From Dendrobates tinctorius (taxonomy: Eukaryota): a stretch of 64,000 bases of DNA. The stretch's first letter is position 1, and each line of letters begins with the position of its first letter. The notes beneath the pieces were generated by a model. That model searched no databases. It saw only the letters and a list, made by a program, of their open reading frames with translations, and was not told where the DNA came from. The translations under genes were made by a program, and so were the position numbers. Shown piece after piece: positions 1-12,410 of the stretch. Location of the stretch: NCBI RefSeq assembly GCF_039654945.1, contig NW_027361779.1, positions 434,001 to 498,000 of the forward strand, read 5' to 3'.

Positions 1-77
1 TGATTGCCTAAAATGATGGTAGTCTCAGGCTAGAAGTGGTAGTGGATGGTCAGATATGGAGCCTGAAAATTAAAAGT

Positions 78-587
78 TCAAAACATTGTGTTAGGAACGG
101 CGTACTGACTAACCGAGAGGGATCCCTGAGTCAAAGCCAGTAGCTGTAGAGAGGAGTCGTGCGTGACCCGTGGTCCCAGGAAGACCTGCTTAATAGCTGT
201 TAAAAACTTAGCAGCGGTCCGAACCTCTGGGTCACCACGCTTCCATAGTGGCGTAGCCCACTCCAACGCCTTGCCCGACAGAAGGGAAACATTAAACCCC
301 ACCTTGGCCCGCTCCGTAGGGAATCGCGCAGCCAGTAACGCCAGCTGGATAGAGCACTGGCTGATGAAACCCCTACAGGAGGCGCCATCGCCAGAAAATT
401 TATTGGGCAACAGGAGGCGGGTAACTGTCAGCGCGTGGGAGGACGTGGTCATACGAGAAACCTCCTCTGCGATCGCCTGTACAGCAGCCTCCGAAGACTT
501 CGCCGCTGCGATAACACTCTCAAGAGTAGCCAACCAGCCCTCTAGCTGGCGAATACACTGAAGGAGTTGCTGATGATCTGCCATCAC
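78..587 (-). pseudogene. Truncated Gypsy gag (PEG10/RTL/LDOC1-like capsid region)
   Basis: LPNKFSGDGASCRGFISQC, KVGFNVSLLSGKALEWATPLW and LTQGSLSVSQYA match Ty3/Gypsy gag; cut at deletion junction near 96-102. Confidence 0.85.
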
Positions 588-612
588 TAGCCAGACCCTG
601 GTGCTAGTATAA

Positions 613-1891
613 TGTTAGGAACGGCGGAACGCACTAAACAAAAATAATAATAAAGTGCGTTCGCTGCTCAGGGTCCACCGTGCAGTAGGTCTTACAACTG
701 CTGCTGAGTAATGGCAGATGAGCAATATGGCGATATAATGTGCACAGGTTCAACTTCACCCGAAGTGCGCAGAGCGGGCTCTGTTCACACACAGAGGCGC
801 CGCAACAAAAACATACAAAAAGGCTGAGCCTGTTAGAGTCACAGGCCTCAGGTAAATGCACACTCGGTATAAGGTCACAGGAGCAGGAACTAAGACAGAG
901 GGGCTGCGTCCGTCTAGACCGTGTGTGCAGCGTCGCTACTGTGAACGCCAAGAAGGGCGGCAACTGCAGCGTGGCGCAGGACACTGCCGCTGGACGACAC
1001 AGCTACAAAGCAGGCGCTATGTCGGACGCTAGCGCAGAGGTGCGGTGTGCACAGTGGCCTAAGGCTTGCCACAGACTGGCGCAGACTACTGAACTAATTC
1101 CCTAACCACATGCGTAATATCAGAGGTAAGGGGTTTCATAATAAGTCGGTCACCAGAATCATACATCCGTCACCATTCACACATAGCAGTATAGTCTATA
1201 CTAGCGCATGGCGGAACGGCCATGCGTGCTTTTTATAGCAGCCGGTACCTTCCGGAAGCTTCCAGATCTCCGAGATGGACCAATGAGATCTGGAGCAGGA
1301 CCTGAGCACATGACTCCCGATCTCCAATGGGAAACCGTCTCATGAGCATGCTCAGTAGGAGGACAGAGGGACTTAGCCCCTGGAGAGATTTGCTGCAAGG
1401 CAATCTCCTCTGTGGTAGATAAAGAGCAAGAGACCGCAGAATGTAAAGGGCCTGTCACACTAAGAGATATCGCTAGCAATATCGCTATAACTTGTGACGT
1501 TATAGCGATATTGCTAGCGATATCGCTGTGTGTGATACTTACCTACAACCCGCTCCCCCGCTGGTTATCGCTGATCGCGCGAGAACAGGCTGGACTGTTT
1601 CTCGTCGTCAGCTTCCTGCGGCGCTTCCTGCTGTGACGACGAGCGACACGTGGAGCCGGGCGGGAGGACGCAGGATCGCCTAGTGTGACAGGTAAGTAGC
1701 GACCCCCGTCCCCAGCGATGTCGCTGGTGAGATCTGCCTGTGTGGCAGCTCACTAGCGACCACTTAGCGATGTACCAGCGATCCTGACCGCGTCATATCA
1801 CTGGTCGGGATCACTGGTACATCGCTAAGTGTGACAGTACCTTAAGGGTCTGGATTCCTGCAGAGCAGATGCAGGAACCTGACTCCTAACC
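613..1891 (-). repeat. 5' LTR of the Gypsy element, interrupted by a MITE
   Basis: TGTTAGGA...TCCTAAC inverted termini, directly upstream of gag on the minus strand. Confidence 0.75.
1447..1842. mobile_element. PIF/Harbinger-type MITE
   Basis: TIR AGGGCCTGTCACAC / GTGTGACAGTACCT, TAA TSD (1444-1446, 1843-1845); second copy in opposite orientation at 63480-63885. Confidence 0.85.
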
Positions 1892-1928
1892 CATTGTTAC
1901 CCTTTTGCTCTTGACTGTATATTTATAT

Positions 1929-2264
1929 TGTAGGGGTACGCTCAGCAGTAGGCACTGCTGGTTGTACAGCAGAGGAAAAACCATAAACACAAAATCCTTT
2001 GCCTTGTTCAGGCACTAACTAAACAAAATAGACCTTGGCTACTCATACACGGCTGAGCTAGTCCCAATTTGGTCAAACAAAAAAGCTATTGTCCATAGCA
2101 GTTAGTGATACTTGCAGTTTGATGCACACGGCCTGTGCAGTCTCCTTTCAGAGAGATTTCGGCTTGTCTCTCTGCAGCTCTAACACAATACAAACCACTC
2201 TGCTCAGCTGAGTCAAAATGAACGCAGGGTCTGGCTCTAGACATAGCTAGCCAGGTGCACGTAA
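1929..2264 (-). repeat. Probable LTR segment of the Gmr1-like Gypsy element, continued at 10891-10936
   Basis: Starts TGTAGG; the matching end TTCCTATA (10929-10936) lies beside a minus-strand polypurine tract AGAAGGGGAG. Confidence 0.45.
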
Positions 2265-2700
2265 CACTGTTCTACAGCCCAACTGGTTCAACGATAAAAA
2301 CAGTTGAACTTATTTAATTCTGTGGTGCTGAGAACGAATATTATACTTACATTTCCTGGCTCGCTGTAATTTTCAAGATCCAGAAGCGGTTGTAATTACT
2401 TATGACACCTTTCATGCAGGCTTATTGAAAAATTACGTCTTTACTATTTCATCATCATAATTATTATTGCATTGTTAGTAGCCAGTCTATTACATCATCT
2501 ATTTAGTCTATTGAGCCTTCACTATTCTAGTATCTTAGGGTGACCAATCAGAAAAATGAAAACTTAGCTCCTATGATGTAATCCTACATACAGTTGCATC
2601 ACGTCCTTTATAAATGCTCTCTGTATAAGGTATACAGTTTTAGGATTTCTTAGCTTAGTTTCTTACCATATTGACATGTTCTATATGTTTTTTTTCAGAT

Positions 2701-4367
2701 ATGGCTCGTTCTTGAAATAACAAAGCAGATATTTTTTGCTACATATGTGGAAAAGTCACTATTACGTCACAAAAGAGAAACTTGACTACCATGATACGGA
2801 AAGCCTGCACCCTATATTTTGGCTGCAGAATAGAAGATCAGGACAGGAGTTGGACTCCATACCTAAGTTGCAATAGTTGTGCATCATATCTTGCCCAGTG
2901 GTTGTATGGGAAGTGGTAATTTATGCCTTTTGCAGTCCCAGTGATCTGGAGAGAGCCAACCGATCACACTATCAATTTGTATTTCTGCATGGTGCCTCCC
3001 CATTTGGAAAGGATTTTCAAAGAAGAAGCAGCAGACTTTACAGTATCCAAAAATTCTGTCTGCAATACGCCCAGTATCACATACAGAAGAACTGCCAGTT
3101 CCAAAAACACCAGAAACATTTTCAGTTGAGGAAGTGAGGAAGAAGAGGGCGTTTGGAGTCATGAAGCATCTTCCTCTCTCAACCCAGACTTTTTGGCATC
3201 AACCTCTACTGAACCACACCTTATAATACAAAGTAAACTGAATGATAGAGATTTCGATCTGCTCAAGAGCAAGGCTGAGCTCCTAGGTTCCAGGTTACAG
3301 TGGTGGAATCTCCTAGCGGGCAATGTTTGGATTTCTTTTTTCTGCAACTTTGATAAAGATCTTGTCCAGTACTTCTTCATATATTGCAATCTTGTGGCAT
3401 GCAATAACAGTTTAATGGAAGCTCTGAAGAGAAGTCATAATCCAGAGGAATGGAGGCTCTTCATTGATTCTTCCAAATCAAGCCTAAAATGCTCTACCTT
3501 CAATTAGAGTTGGTTATGTAGTCCAAGTAAAAGAAACCTATGACAAGAAAAACAACTGTTGAGGTGACTGAACTATGACCAACATGTGTGACTCCTCTGT
3601 GCTGACTTACAAGTGGTTACCCTCTTAATTGGTCTCCATAGTGGATACACAAAGTACTGCTGCTTTCTGTGCGAGTGGAAAAGTCATGTAAGAGAATATC
3701 ACTACAATAAAATAGATTGTCCTCTCCGGCATTCTCTGTAGACATGGAGTAAAAATGTCTTACTTTCAGCACTTGATGACACACATAAGATTTTGTGATT
3801 TTGTTACCACCATTGCATATCAAGTTGAGCCTAATGAACAACATTGTAAAGGCAATGAATAAAAATGGAAAAGCATTCAAGTATCTCATTGATAAATTTC
3901 CAAGGTTGACTGAAGCAAAGATAGGAAGGGGTCTTTATTGGACCTCAGATTCTAAAGTTTCTTGAAGATGAGGAGTTTCTCAATTTTTTGCAGGTAAGGA
4001 AAAGGCTGCGTGGGTAGAATTCACATTGGTAGTAACTAATTTTTGGGAAATTCGAGCAGATAACTTTGAAGAGTTGGTGGAAAATTTCAACAAAACACAT
4101 AAGGATCTTGGCTATAGCTTGTCTTTAAAGATCCATTTATTACATTCACATCTAGACTCTTTTCCATCAAAGTGTGGAGCAGTTAGCGACGAGCACAGTG
4201 AGAGATTTCACCAAGATATTGCGGCAATGGAGAAAAGATATATTGGAACATGGAATCCATGGAATTGAAAATGGAATCCATCAATGCTTGCAGATTACTG
4301 TTGGACAATTGTAAGAGATGATTCGATGAAGGGGTACAAGAGACAAGCAAAAAAGAGTTGTCATTGA
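2701..4367 (+). pseudogene. Chapaev3-like transposase with stops and frameshifts
   Basis: Motifs FCYICG, MPFAVPVIWREPTDH..YFC, EWRLFIDSSKSSLK, GYTKYCCFLCEW, LPPLHIKL, SLKIHLLHSHLD, AVSDEHSERFHQDIAAMEKRY. Confidence 0.8.
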
Positions 4368-4399
4368 ATTACAATTTACTTATCATGGTATCTTCTCAA

Positions 4400-4990
4400 A
4401 ACAAATGTAAAAATAACATTCAACAACAACATCATGTTGTAATACTTGTCTTGACTTATCAGCCTTATACAAAAGAGTAATGTAGCCAATCTACATGTGA
4501 TTAATAGTTCTAACCACCACCCTCAACTAGATCCCGTAAGGAGGCTCTAAGAGCCCCAGGAGGACCTCCTGTTTGTGGAGACCTGATCCACGGACCCTAT
4601 ACTTTGTCAAATTTGTCTGGGCATTTTCTATTTTTGAAACTAAAATATTGACAAAACAATATTGAGTTTATTATTTTAATCCACATGGAATTTTTTGGGG
4701 GACATTTGTCCATCCATGGAGTGGCATTCGCTTTTCTAGCAATAGAGATTCTTCCAGAAATATGCGTGAATAATGTGGCCACGCTTCTTCATCAAATATA
4801 CCAAACAAACACATTAAGGGGTCCAATTCTATATCAATATCTGGTATTGTTGTTAAGAAGGTAATTATTTCTCCCCAAAAGGACCTTATAATGTGACAAT
4901 CCCAAATTATATGCCAGAAGTCCGCTTCTTGGAAACTACATCTTGAACATCTGGCTTCATGTATTCTATCCATCTTCCTCAATTTTAATC
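4400..4990 (-). mobile_element. L1/Tx1-clade LINE 3' end (C-terminal zinc finger of ORF2 plus UTR)
   Basis: CSRCSFQEADFWHIIWDC..IRSFW in ORF 4671-4982; boundaries approximate. Confidence 0.75.
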
Positions 4991-5010
4991 CCTTTCTGCC
5001 ATATGGCGTA

Positions 5011-6990
5011 CTAACTTAATTCCCATGGACGGGATAGTACATCATATGTGATCAGCGGCGCTCACGGGGGGTGCGCTGCTGGTCGCGGTCGGGTGTCAGC
5101 TGATTATCACAGCTGACACCTGGCACTATGCACCAGGGGTGGCCACGGACCGCCCCCGACACCCTAACCCCTGGCACACTGCGATCAAACATGATCGCAG
5201 TGTATAATGGCATAGGGAAGCATTGCACAGGAAGCGGACTCCCTGCGTGCTTCCCTGAGCCCCTCGGAACAAAGCAATGTGCTTGCGTTGTTCCGAGGGC
5301 CTCCTTCCTGCAGGCCCCCAGATCCAATATGGCTATGGGGGCCTTCGGGGTCCTGCAGGGAGGCGGATTTCTCAGTGCTTGCTTAGAGCAGGTGCTGAAA
5401 AATCCTCCTGCAGTGCCTGTCAGATCGCTGGTCTGACACAAAAATTCCCTAAAAAATTATTTTTTTGTAAATAAAAAAAAACAATAAAAATACACATATT
5501 TAGTATCGCCGTGTCCATAACAACCCGCCCTATAAAACTGTCCCACTAGTTAACCCCTTTAGAGAACCCCCTAAAAAAATGCAAAAAACAAATGCTTTAT
5601 CATCATACTGCCAAACAAAAAGTGCAATAACACGTTGTCAAAAAGACGTATATAAATAAACATGGTACCGCTGAAAACGTTATCTTGTCCCGCAAAAAAT
5701 GAGCTGCCATACAGCATCATCAGCAAATAAAAAAGTTATAGCTCAGAGAGAATAAAGTGATGCAAAAATAATTATATTTTTATATAAAATTGTTTTTATT
5801 GTATAAAAGCGCCAAAACATAAAAAAAATATAAATGAGATATCGCTGTAGTCATACTGACCCGAAGAATAAAACTGCTTTATCAATTTTACCACACGCGG
5901 AATGGTGTGAACGTCCTCTCTAAAGGAAATTCATGAAATGCTGGTTTTTGTTCATTCTGCGTCCCAAAAATCGGAATAAAAAGCGATCAAAAAATGTTAT
6001 GTCCCCAAAAATGGTACCAATGAAAACTTCAACTCATCCCGCAAAAAATAAGACCTCACATGACATGGAAAAATTATAGCTCTCAAAATGTGGTGATGCA
6101 AAAACTATTTTTACAATAAAAAACATCTTTTAGCGGGTGACAGCTGCAAAACATAAAAACCTGCCATAAATAGTAAATCAAAACCCCCTTTATCACCCCC
6201 TTAGTTAGGGAAAAATAATAAAATTTGAAAAATGTATTTATTTCCATTTTCCCATTAGGGTAAGGGCTAGGGATAGGGTTAGGGCTAGGATTAGGGTTAG
6301 GGGTGTGTTGGGGTTAGGGTTGGAATTAGAATTGGGGGGTTTCCACTGTTTAGGCACATCAGGGGCTCTCCAAACGCAACATGGCGTCTGATCTCAATTC
6401 CAGACAATTCCGCGTTGAAAAAGTCAAACGGTGCATCTTCCCTTCCTCTGCCATGCGCTCAAACAGTGGTTTATCACCACATATGGGGTATCAGCCTACT
6501 CAGGACACATTGCACAACAACTTTTGGGGTCCAATTTCTAATGTTATCCTTGGGAAAATGAAAAATTGGAGGCAAAAATATCATTTTTGTGGAAAAAAAT
6601 ATGATTTTTTTATTTTTATGGCTCTACGTTATAAACTTCTGTGAAGCACTTGGGGGTTCAAAGTGCTCACCACAAATCTAGATAAGTTCCTTGGGGGGTC
6701 TATTATCCAAAATGGGGTCATTTGTGGGGGGTTTCCACAGTTTAGGCACATCAGAGGCTCTCGAAATGCGACATGACACCTGCAGACCATTCCATCAAAG
6801 TCTGCATTCCAAAACATCACTACTTCCCTTCCGAGCCCCGATGTGTGCCCATACAGTAGTTTTCTCCCACATATGGGGTATCAGCATACTCAGAACAAAT
6901 TGGACACCAAAATTTGGGTCCGATTTCTCATGTTACCCTTGGGAAAATAAAAAAATTGGGGACTAAAAAATCATGTTTGTGGAAAAGAAA
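5011..6990. mobile_element. Non-autonomous piggyBac-like repeat fragment
   Basis: Begins near a TTAA; contains an internal TTAACCCCTT motif, a GC-rich palindromic block (5052-5441), A-rich tracts, a degenerate TAGGGT array and an internal duplication (~6335-6610 vs ~6725-6985). Confidence 0.55.
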
Positions 6991-6992
6991 CA

Positions 6993-7690
6993 ATGAGGTA
7001 TCAGGGCTCCTAGCACAGCAGGCTTACACCGGTCCATCACCCACCTCGTCTTAATTTAAACTTAAATTGAAAGCTCTATATGCTGGCCGAGACACTGATA
7101 CTTCATGCATGGCCCATGGCTAACTGTTGCTGTGCCGTTATCAAGTATCTTCTGTGGGCCAATTGATCAGTAAGCTACCTATGTTACTATCCTTAAATTT
7201 CTCTACCAATACTACGAAACTGATGTTTGTGGCACCCAAGTATGGCTGAGCAGAAAAGCAGTTTGAGCTCTTGCATGAGGCATCAGAGCTCACGGCACAG
7301 CAGGCCTACACCAGTCCCTCACCCACCTCATCTTAATTTAAACTTAAATTCAAAGCTGTAAATGCTGGCCCAGACGCTGATACCTCATGCATGGCCCATT
7401 GCTGACTGCTGCTGTGCCATCATCAAATCTTTACTGTGGGTCAATTGATGAACATTTTCCTGGTGTCTGCCCATAATTTTTGGAAATGTTTTGACTCCAA
7501 GTTGGGTCTCCTTCATGTGTGTTTCCTCAGAGCACCAGGCCTACATCTGTCACTAAGTCACCTGTTACTGATCAATGTTTAAGCTAGAAATGATGGTCCA
7601 AGCCCTATCCCAGGCATACATGCTGCACAATTATATTATTTTTACTCTGGGTCAATTGATGCCACTTTTCCTGGTGTCTGCCCCTAATTT
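6993..7690. repeat. Tandem ~280-bp repeat, two good copies plus one degenerate copy
   Basis: Units start at 6993 and 7275 (ATGAGG(T/C)ATCAG...CACAGCAGGC..ACACC..TTAATTTAAACTTAAATT...CAATTGAT); third copy near 7530-7690. Confidence 0.7.
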
Positions 7691-7859
7691 GAGCTGTTTT
7701 GACAGCTTTTTGGCCCCCCTTGAAGGTGTTGTCTATGTGTTTGGTTTTGCTTCCCATTGAATTCAATGAGGTTCCTATATGTTTGATGAACCATTTCATG
7801 AACTTGTTCGGGGACTTTACCAATCCGAACCGAGCCTTGAAAAGTTCGCTCACCTCTAG

Positions 7860-9600
7860 TTCTGATAAATAATACAAAATTATATCTAAAAGAGCCATAC
7901 CAGACAGCTCCTTAAGTCTTTGCAATTTTTTGAGTTGTAGTTTAGCTCTAGAAGCTCCACAGACAAAGGAGCATATCATGGAGAATAGTGTTAAAGAAGG
8001 ATCCTGGAATCCCCCCCAAAAAAACATGTTGCAGAATATATAGACATTAGCTTGGATAACCATATTAATCAAATTCATTCTATCGGCCACTGATAAAGAA
8101 AGGGCCCCGCATAATTTGAATTTGTCTGCAAATAATGGGATCAGTTTAGATACGTTCAGAGTAATCTTCTTCAAATGGTTCTTGGACATAACTATTTACA
8201 GCTTTTAAAGTGGTCCACCACATGAATACCCTGAATTACTGCGCCAAAAAGATTAGCTCTGTTAGGGTAAATATATATTATACAAGATTTTGCCCAATTT
8301 CTCAATAGACCAGAATAAGCCCCATAAATGTCAATCACTTCTATGGCTCTTGGAATTGTGGAGTCCGGGGAGGAAACCAATAGTAATAGGTCATCTGCAT
8401 ATAATGCCAATTGATCCTCCCCTGATTTATACCTTACTTCCTTAAAAAGTTTATCAGATTTAATTTGAATAGCCAAGGACTCCACTGCTAATGCAAATAA
8501 TGGGGGCCTCCATACAATGGACAGGAACCAGAAACTACAACATTTACATGGATATTAGTCTTATGATTTTTATAGGGAATTTTAATCCATTTTATAAAAT
8601 TTGTTCCAAACCTGAATCTACACAAAACTTCTAATAGAAAGAGAATCACGAAATTGAAGGCCTCGGCTGTGTCCAATGAAATCAATGCCCAGTCTTTTTT
8701 GTTATTTGCGCCAATTTATGTAACTATCTGAGCTAGTCTCAGATTATCAGAGGTACTTCTACCTGGCATGAGGCCAGATTGATCAGGGTGCATTAAGCTG
8801 GATATGACCGTATTTTATCAACTGACTAATACTGTAGTGAGAAGTTTATAATCCATAATAAATAGTGATATGGACCTATAAGACTTTAGGATCTTTATAA
8901 GGTTTTAATATTAACATGATCGACGTCTCATAAAGTGAGTTTGGCAGGGAACCTGTCTCCAAAGAAACTTCAGATATTTTCAACAAGTGGGGTATAATTT
9001 CTTTTTTATATAGAGCAAAAATCTCTAGAGGCAGAGCATCTGGTCCTGAAGCTTTACCCTTTGTCATGTCAAACAGGGCCCTCTCCAGCTCCTCCACAGA
9101 AATCTTGGATTCCATCATTCTCAATAACTCCTCAGGCAATTGCGGAATCTCAATATCATTGAGATATATTTGGATGTCCTCCGCTGAGTATGTCAGTTTA
9201 GATTTATAAAGCTCTTGGTAGCAATTTGAAAATGCTTGTAATATAGAGTCATTAGAGGTCACTATAATATTTTGCTCAATGCGAATTTTAATGATTGCTG
9301 GAGAGGAATTATTTTGATGAATGATATGGGCCAGGAAATGACTAGATTAATTACCTTGTTCAAAATGTTTTTGGTTCATAAATAGCACACACCTTTAGGT
9401 ATGTTAAATATTGTCTTCCCACCTGCAACCGGGTATCCCTATTCCTATCTGTGGGGTCATTAATATAGATCTTTTCTAGTTCAGCAATTAGATGCAAGGT
9501 CAGATTCCCTCTTTCCTGGTTTTCTTTTAATAAAAGAGATAGATAATTGACAGCAACCCCTCAAATAAGCTTTAAATGCATCCCAAAAAAGAGGAATGAT
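7860..9600 (-). pseudogene. L1/Tx1-clade LINE ORF2 reverse transcriptase, fragmented
   Basis: KASGPDALP, SLDTAEAF, LALYADDLLL, LSLSVADRMNLINM in ORFs 7605-9262. Confidence 0.85.
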
Positions 9601-9610
9601 GCTCACTTAA

Positions 9611-10111
9611 CCCCTTAACGACCAGGGGTATTTCCGTTTTTGCATTTCCATTTTTTACTTCTCTTCTTCCTAGAGCCATAACTTTGTTATTTTTCCATCA
9701 ATATAGCCATGTGAGGGCTTGTTTCTTGTGGGATGAGTTTTACTTTTGAACGATACTATTTCTTTTACCATATCTTGTATTGTAAAATGGGAAAAAAAAA
9801 TTCTAAGTGCGGTGAAATTGGTAAAAAAGTGCCATTCCACAATTGTTTTTTTTTTATACCATGTTCACTAAATGCTACTTGCATCAATAGTCTACATAGG
9901 AGACTAGAAGCTACAATTATCTGATCTTTTGTGTTGTACATAGCTGGGCTAATGTGTGGATCGCGATTTCACGACGGCTGTTAGGGGTACATGACTGCTG
10001 ATAAGATCAGCTGTCATGTGCCGGAAAAGGTGAGGGCTCATCGGCGGAGTTCGCACCAAAGAGGGGGAGGTAACCTGTGACAGACATAGCACATCATAGG
10101 TTGTTAAAGGG
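9611..10111. mobile_element. piggyBac-type MITE
   Basis: TTAA TSD at 9607-9610 and 10112-10115; TIR CCCCTTAACGACC / GGTTGTTAAAGGG. Confidence 0.85.
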
Positions 10112-10936
10112 TTAAAGGGAATCTGTCACCCCCTGGGATGTTTTTGCCTATTAATATGGGCCTACAGGTAATAGAATGGTTAAAATAGCCATAACTTAAT
10201 GCTTCATAGCTGCGGTCTCGATGTTCAGAAATTGTCTTCTTTTTTCTTATTTTTCATTTGTTTGAGATCTTCCAAGTTCCAGGGCTTGCGGTGCCTCAAA
10301 GAAAACTTGGCCTCCGGTCTTCATTTGCATACCACCCCCCCCTCCTATCGGCGTCTACCATGTACCGTATACCAAAAATGTGGCCTAGGGAAGAGTCAGA
10401 CGGCCGTATACAGTATATGAGATTTTAATCTTATTTGATATGCCTTCATTTTTTGGTGATATATTGTCACAATGCAATTGATTGCATTTGGAGATAGTGT
10501 GATATTCTGGTGCCCTCTTCTGGTTGTACTTTCTTGCAGATATTTTGTGCCACAATTTCTATGCATATTTTTATACTATATAAATGAAATTTACAATTTT
10601 TAATATATGCATTTTTTTATGGGTCTCTTTGTTGGGTCTGTTGTTTCATGACACCAGCACCCATTTTTTGTGTTTATGTTCTTTGAAGTGCCGTATGTTG
10701 AATTTAGTTTGGGACTAAGTTTGTGTTCATTAATTATATGTAGCAGTAAAACGAAAATGTTTTGATATCATAGAAACAAATCCAACTTAAAATTTTAATT
10801 GTCAGATTTGAATCCAGGAGGGCAAAATCATTAAAAAATGGCTCATTTCATAAGTGAATCTGACAACTTTTGAAAATTTGTAGAACAGTGACCTCCAGTG
10901 CTAGGTTTTAACTCCTTCCTACCTGGCTTTCCTATA

Positions 10937-12410
10937 TAATCTCCCCTTCTGCCTAAAGCTGGGGACTGGGCACCATCATCCAATACACAGTGCCTACAGG
11001 GCTTTAAATTGATCAAAAAGGGAGGCTCATGCTTGATGATATGAGTGTGACCTAGTGACTCCAAGAAACTGCCCCTATTTTTGCTTACCAATCTTCGGCT
11101 GTGCTGATGTTGGGAATGCGACAAAGTTTCTGATACTTTGACACCTACAATTTGACTTCTGACTGGGCCAACAAACAAGGGGTTTGTAGTGGATCTATAT
11201 TCTTCCAGAGTTTTAGAAGGTTGGCATAATATATGGGAAAGGGCTTCCTGTTTCCTGGTTGGTGTACTTTATAGTTGACCTTTCAAACATTTTCCACCAC
11301 CTCATAGGGTCCTTGCCACTTGGTAAGGCACTAGCCCTCCACTGTGGGCACTAACACAAGTACCTGATCTCCAGGCTTAAATTATCTCACTCGAGCCTGC
11401 AGACCATACCCCCTGGATTTTGCTTCTTGGGCCTTGAGGAAGCATTATTTTACCTCTCACCTCACTTTGAGCCATTGACATAACAAATCATTATGCCTGG
11501 CCAATTGTGGAAAGTGATTATCGGCTCCTAGGGAACACTTACACTTTTCAGAGCATCTTTTACCATTAAGTCTCTTAGCTGGGCAGTCCCATAGTTGTCC
11601 TGGGAGTCCTCCAGGTCAGGATTATTGGCTTGAGGAGATGCTTCCTCATCCTCCTTTTTAATCAGTACAGGGAAAATAAATTTACTGTGTACATTATGTG
11701 ACCTTTTAAAATAGCTGACTTCTAGTGGCATACTGGACTACTGGGTGCTGCAGCTTTAGCCCGTAAGTCCCAGAACAATGGAAAGTCACGTCTGATAACA
11801 ATAGCATGCAATAAGTCTTTGACCACTCATACTTCATGGGACACAGAACCACAATCTGTCCATATGCCGACCTGTGAGATGGAATAGTTCTTGGTGACTC
11901 CATGGATACATCTTACCCCCATCTCCTTCCCAGGGACTAGCACATGCAGAAATGTGGCCCTTACCAGGGTCACCAAACTCCCTTAGTCCATAAGTCCCAT
12001 CACTTGGACACTGTTCACAGTCAACTGGCATTCCTGAGGCCCCTTGTCAGGATAAGGAACAGCACTGCAGACAGGGTGGGCAATGTAGGAGTAGCACAAG
12101 TCAAAGGAGCAGTCCACTTGTCCTGATACCAGTGGATGATGGGCTCATATATGCCTCAGGGAATGACATCTCCAACAGACAACCAACAGACAATAGTATG
12201 AGATGTACCCCTTGAACCTGGCTCTGAACCCTACTGGGCCTTTGGGCATCCCTACACCCCTCAGACGAGGTTTTGAGCATCTCAGAAAGGGGACCTCAAG
12301 TTCCTGTGACTGCTCAGGGAGTTCTCCGCAGCCAAGTATCTTTCCCCAAGGCTCATGATATCCTCTGCATTTTGGGGATCTTCTTGGGCAACCCAGATTT
12401 GCAAGGACTT
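10937..12410 (-). pseudogene. Gmr1-like Gypsy gag-pol remnant (zinc knuckle, protease region, integrase C-terminus), heavily deleted
   Basis: Minus-strand fragments GHISAC, DNYGTAQLRD, KWQGPYEVVE, VNYKVHQPG; polypurine tract near 10941-10950. Confidence 0.6.

Larger units (their letters stand above)
89..1891 (-). mobile_element. Ty3/Gypsy LTR retrotransposon, internally deleted (5' LTR + gag + last 14 nt of 3' LTR)
   Basis: TGTTAGGAACGGCG at both 89 and 613; other terminus CTCCTAAC(C) at 1891; 5-bp TSD CATTG at 84-88 and 1892-1896; gag-like ORF between. Confidence 0.85.
2265..10890 (+). mobile_element. Chapaev3-like (CMC) DNA transposon with nested insertions
   Basis: Inverted termini CACTGTTCTACA (2265) / TGTAGAACAGTG (10879-10890); TAA on the left, no matching TSD on the right; transposase pseudogene inside. 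Confidence 0.65.

Noticed and set aside
6255-6330. TTAGGG-like tract suggesting an interstitial telomere
   Set aside because: Short, degenerate and embedded in a dispersed piggyBac-like repeat.
10380-10415. CCTAGGGAAGAGTCAGACGGCCGTA, faintly hammerhead-like
   Set aside because: Neither CUGANGA nor GAAA is intact and there is no stem II.
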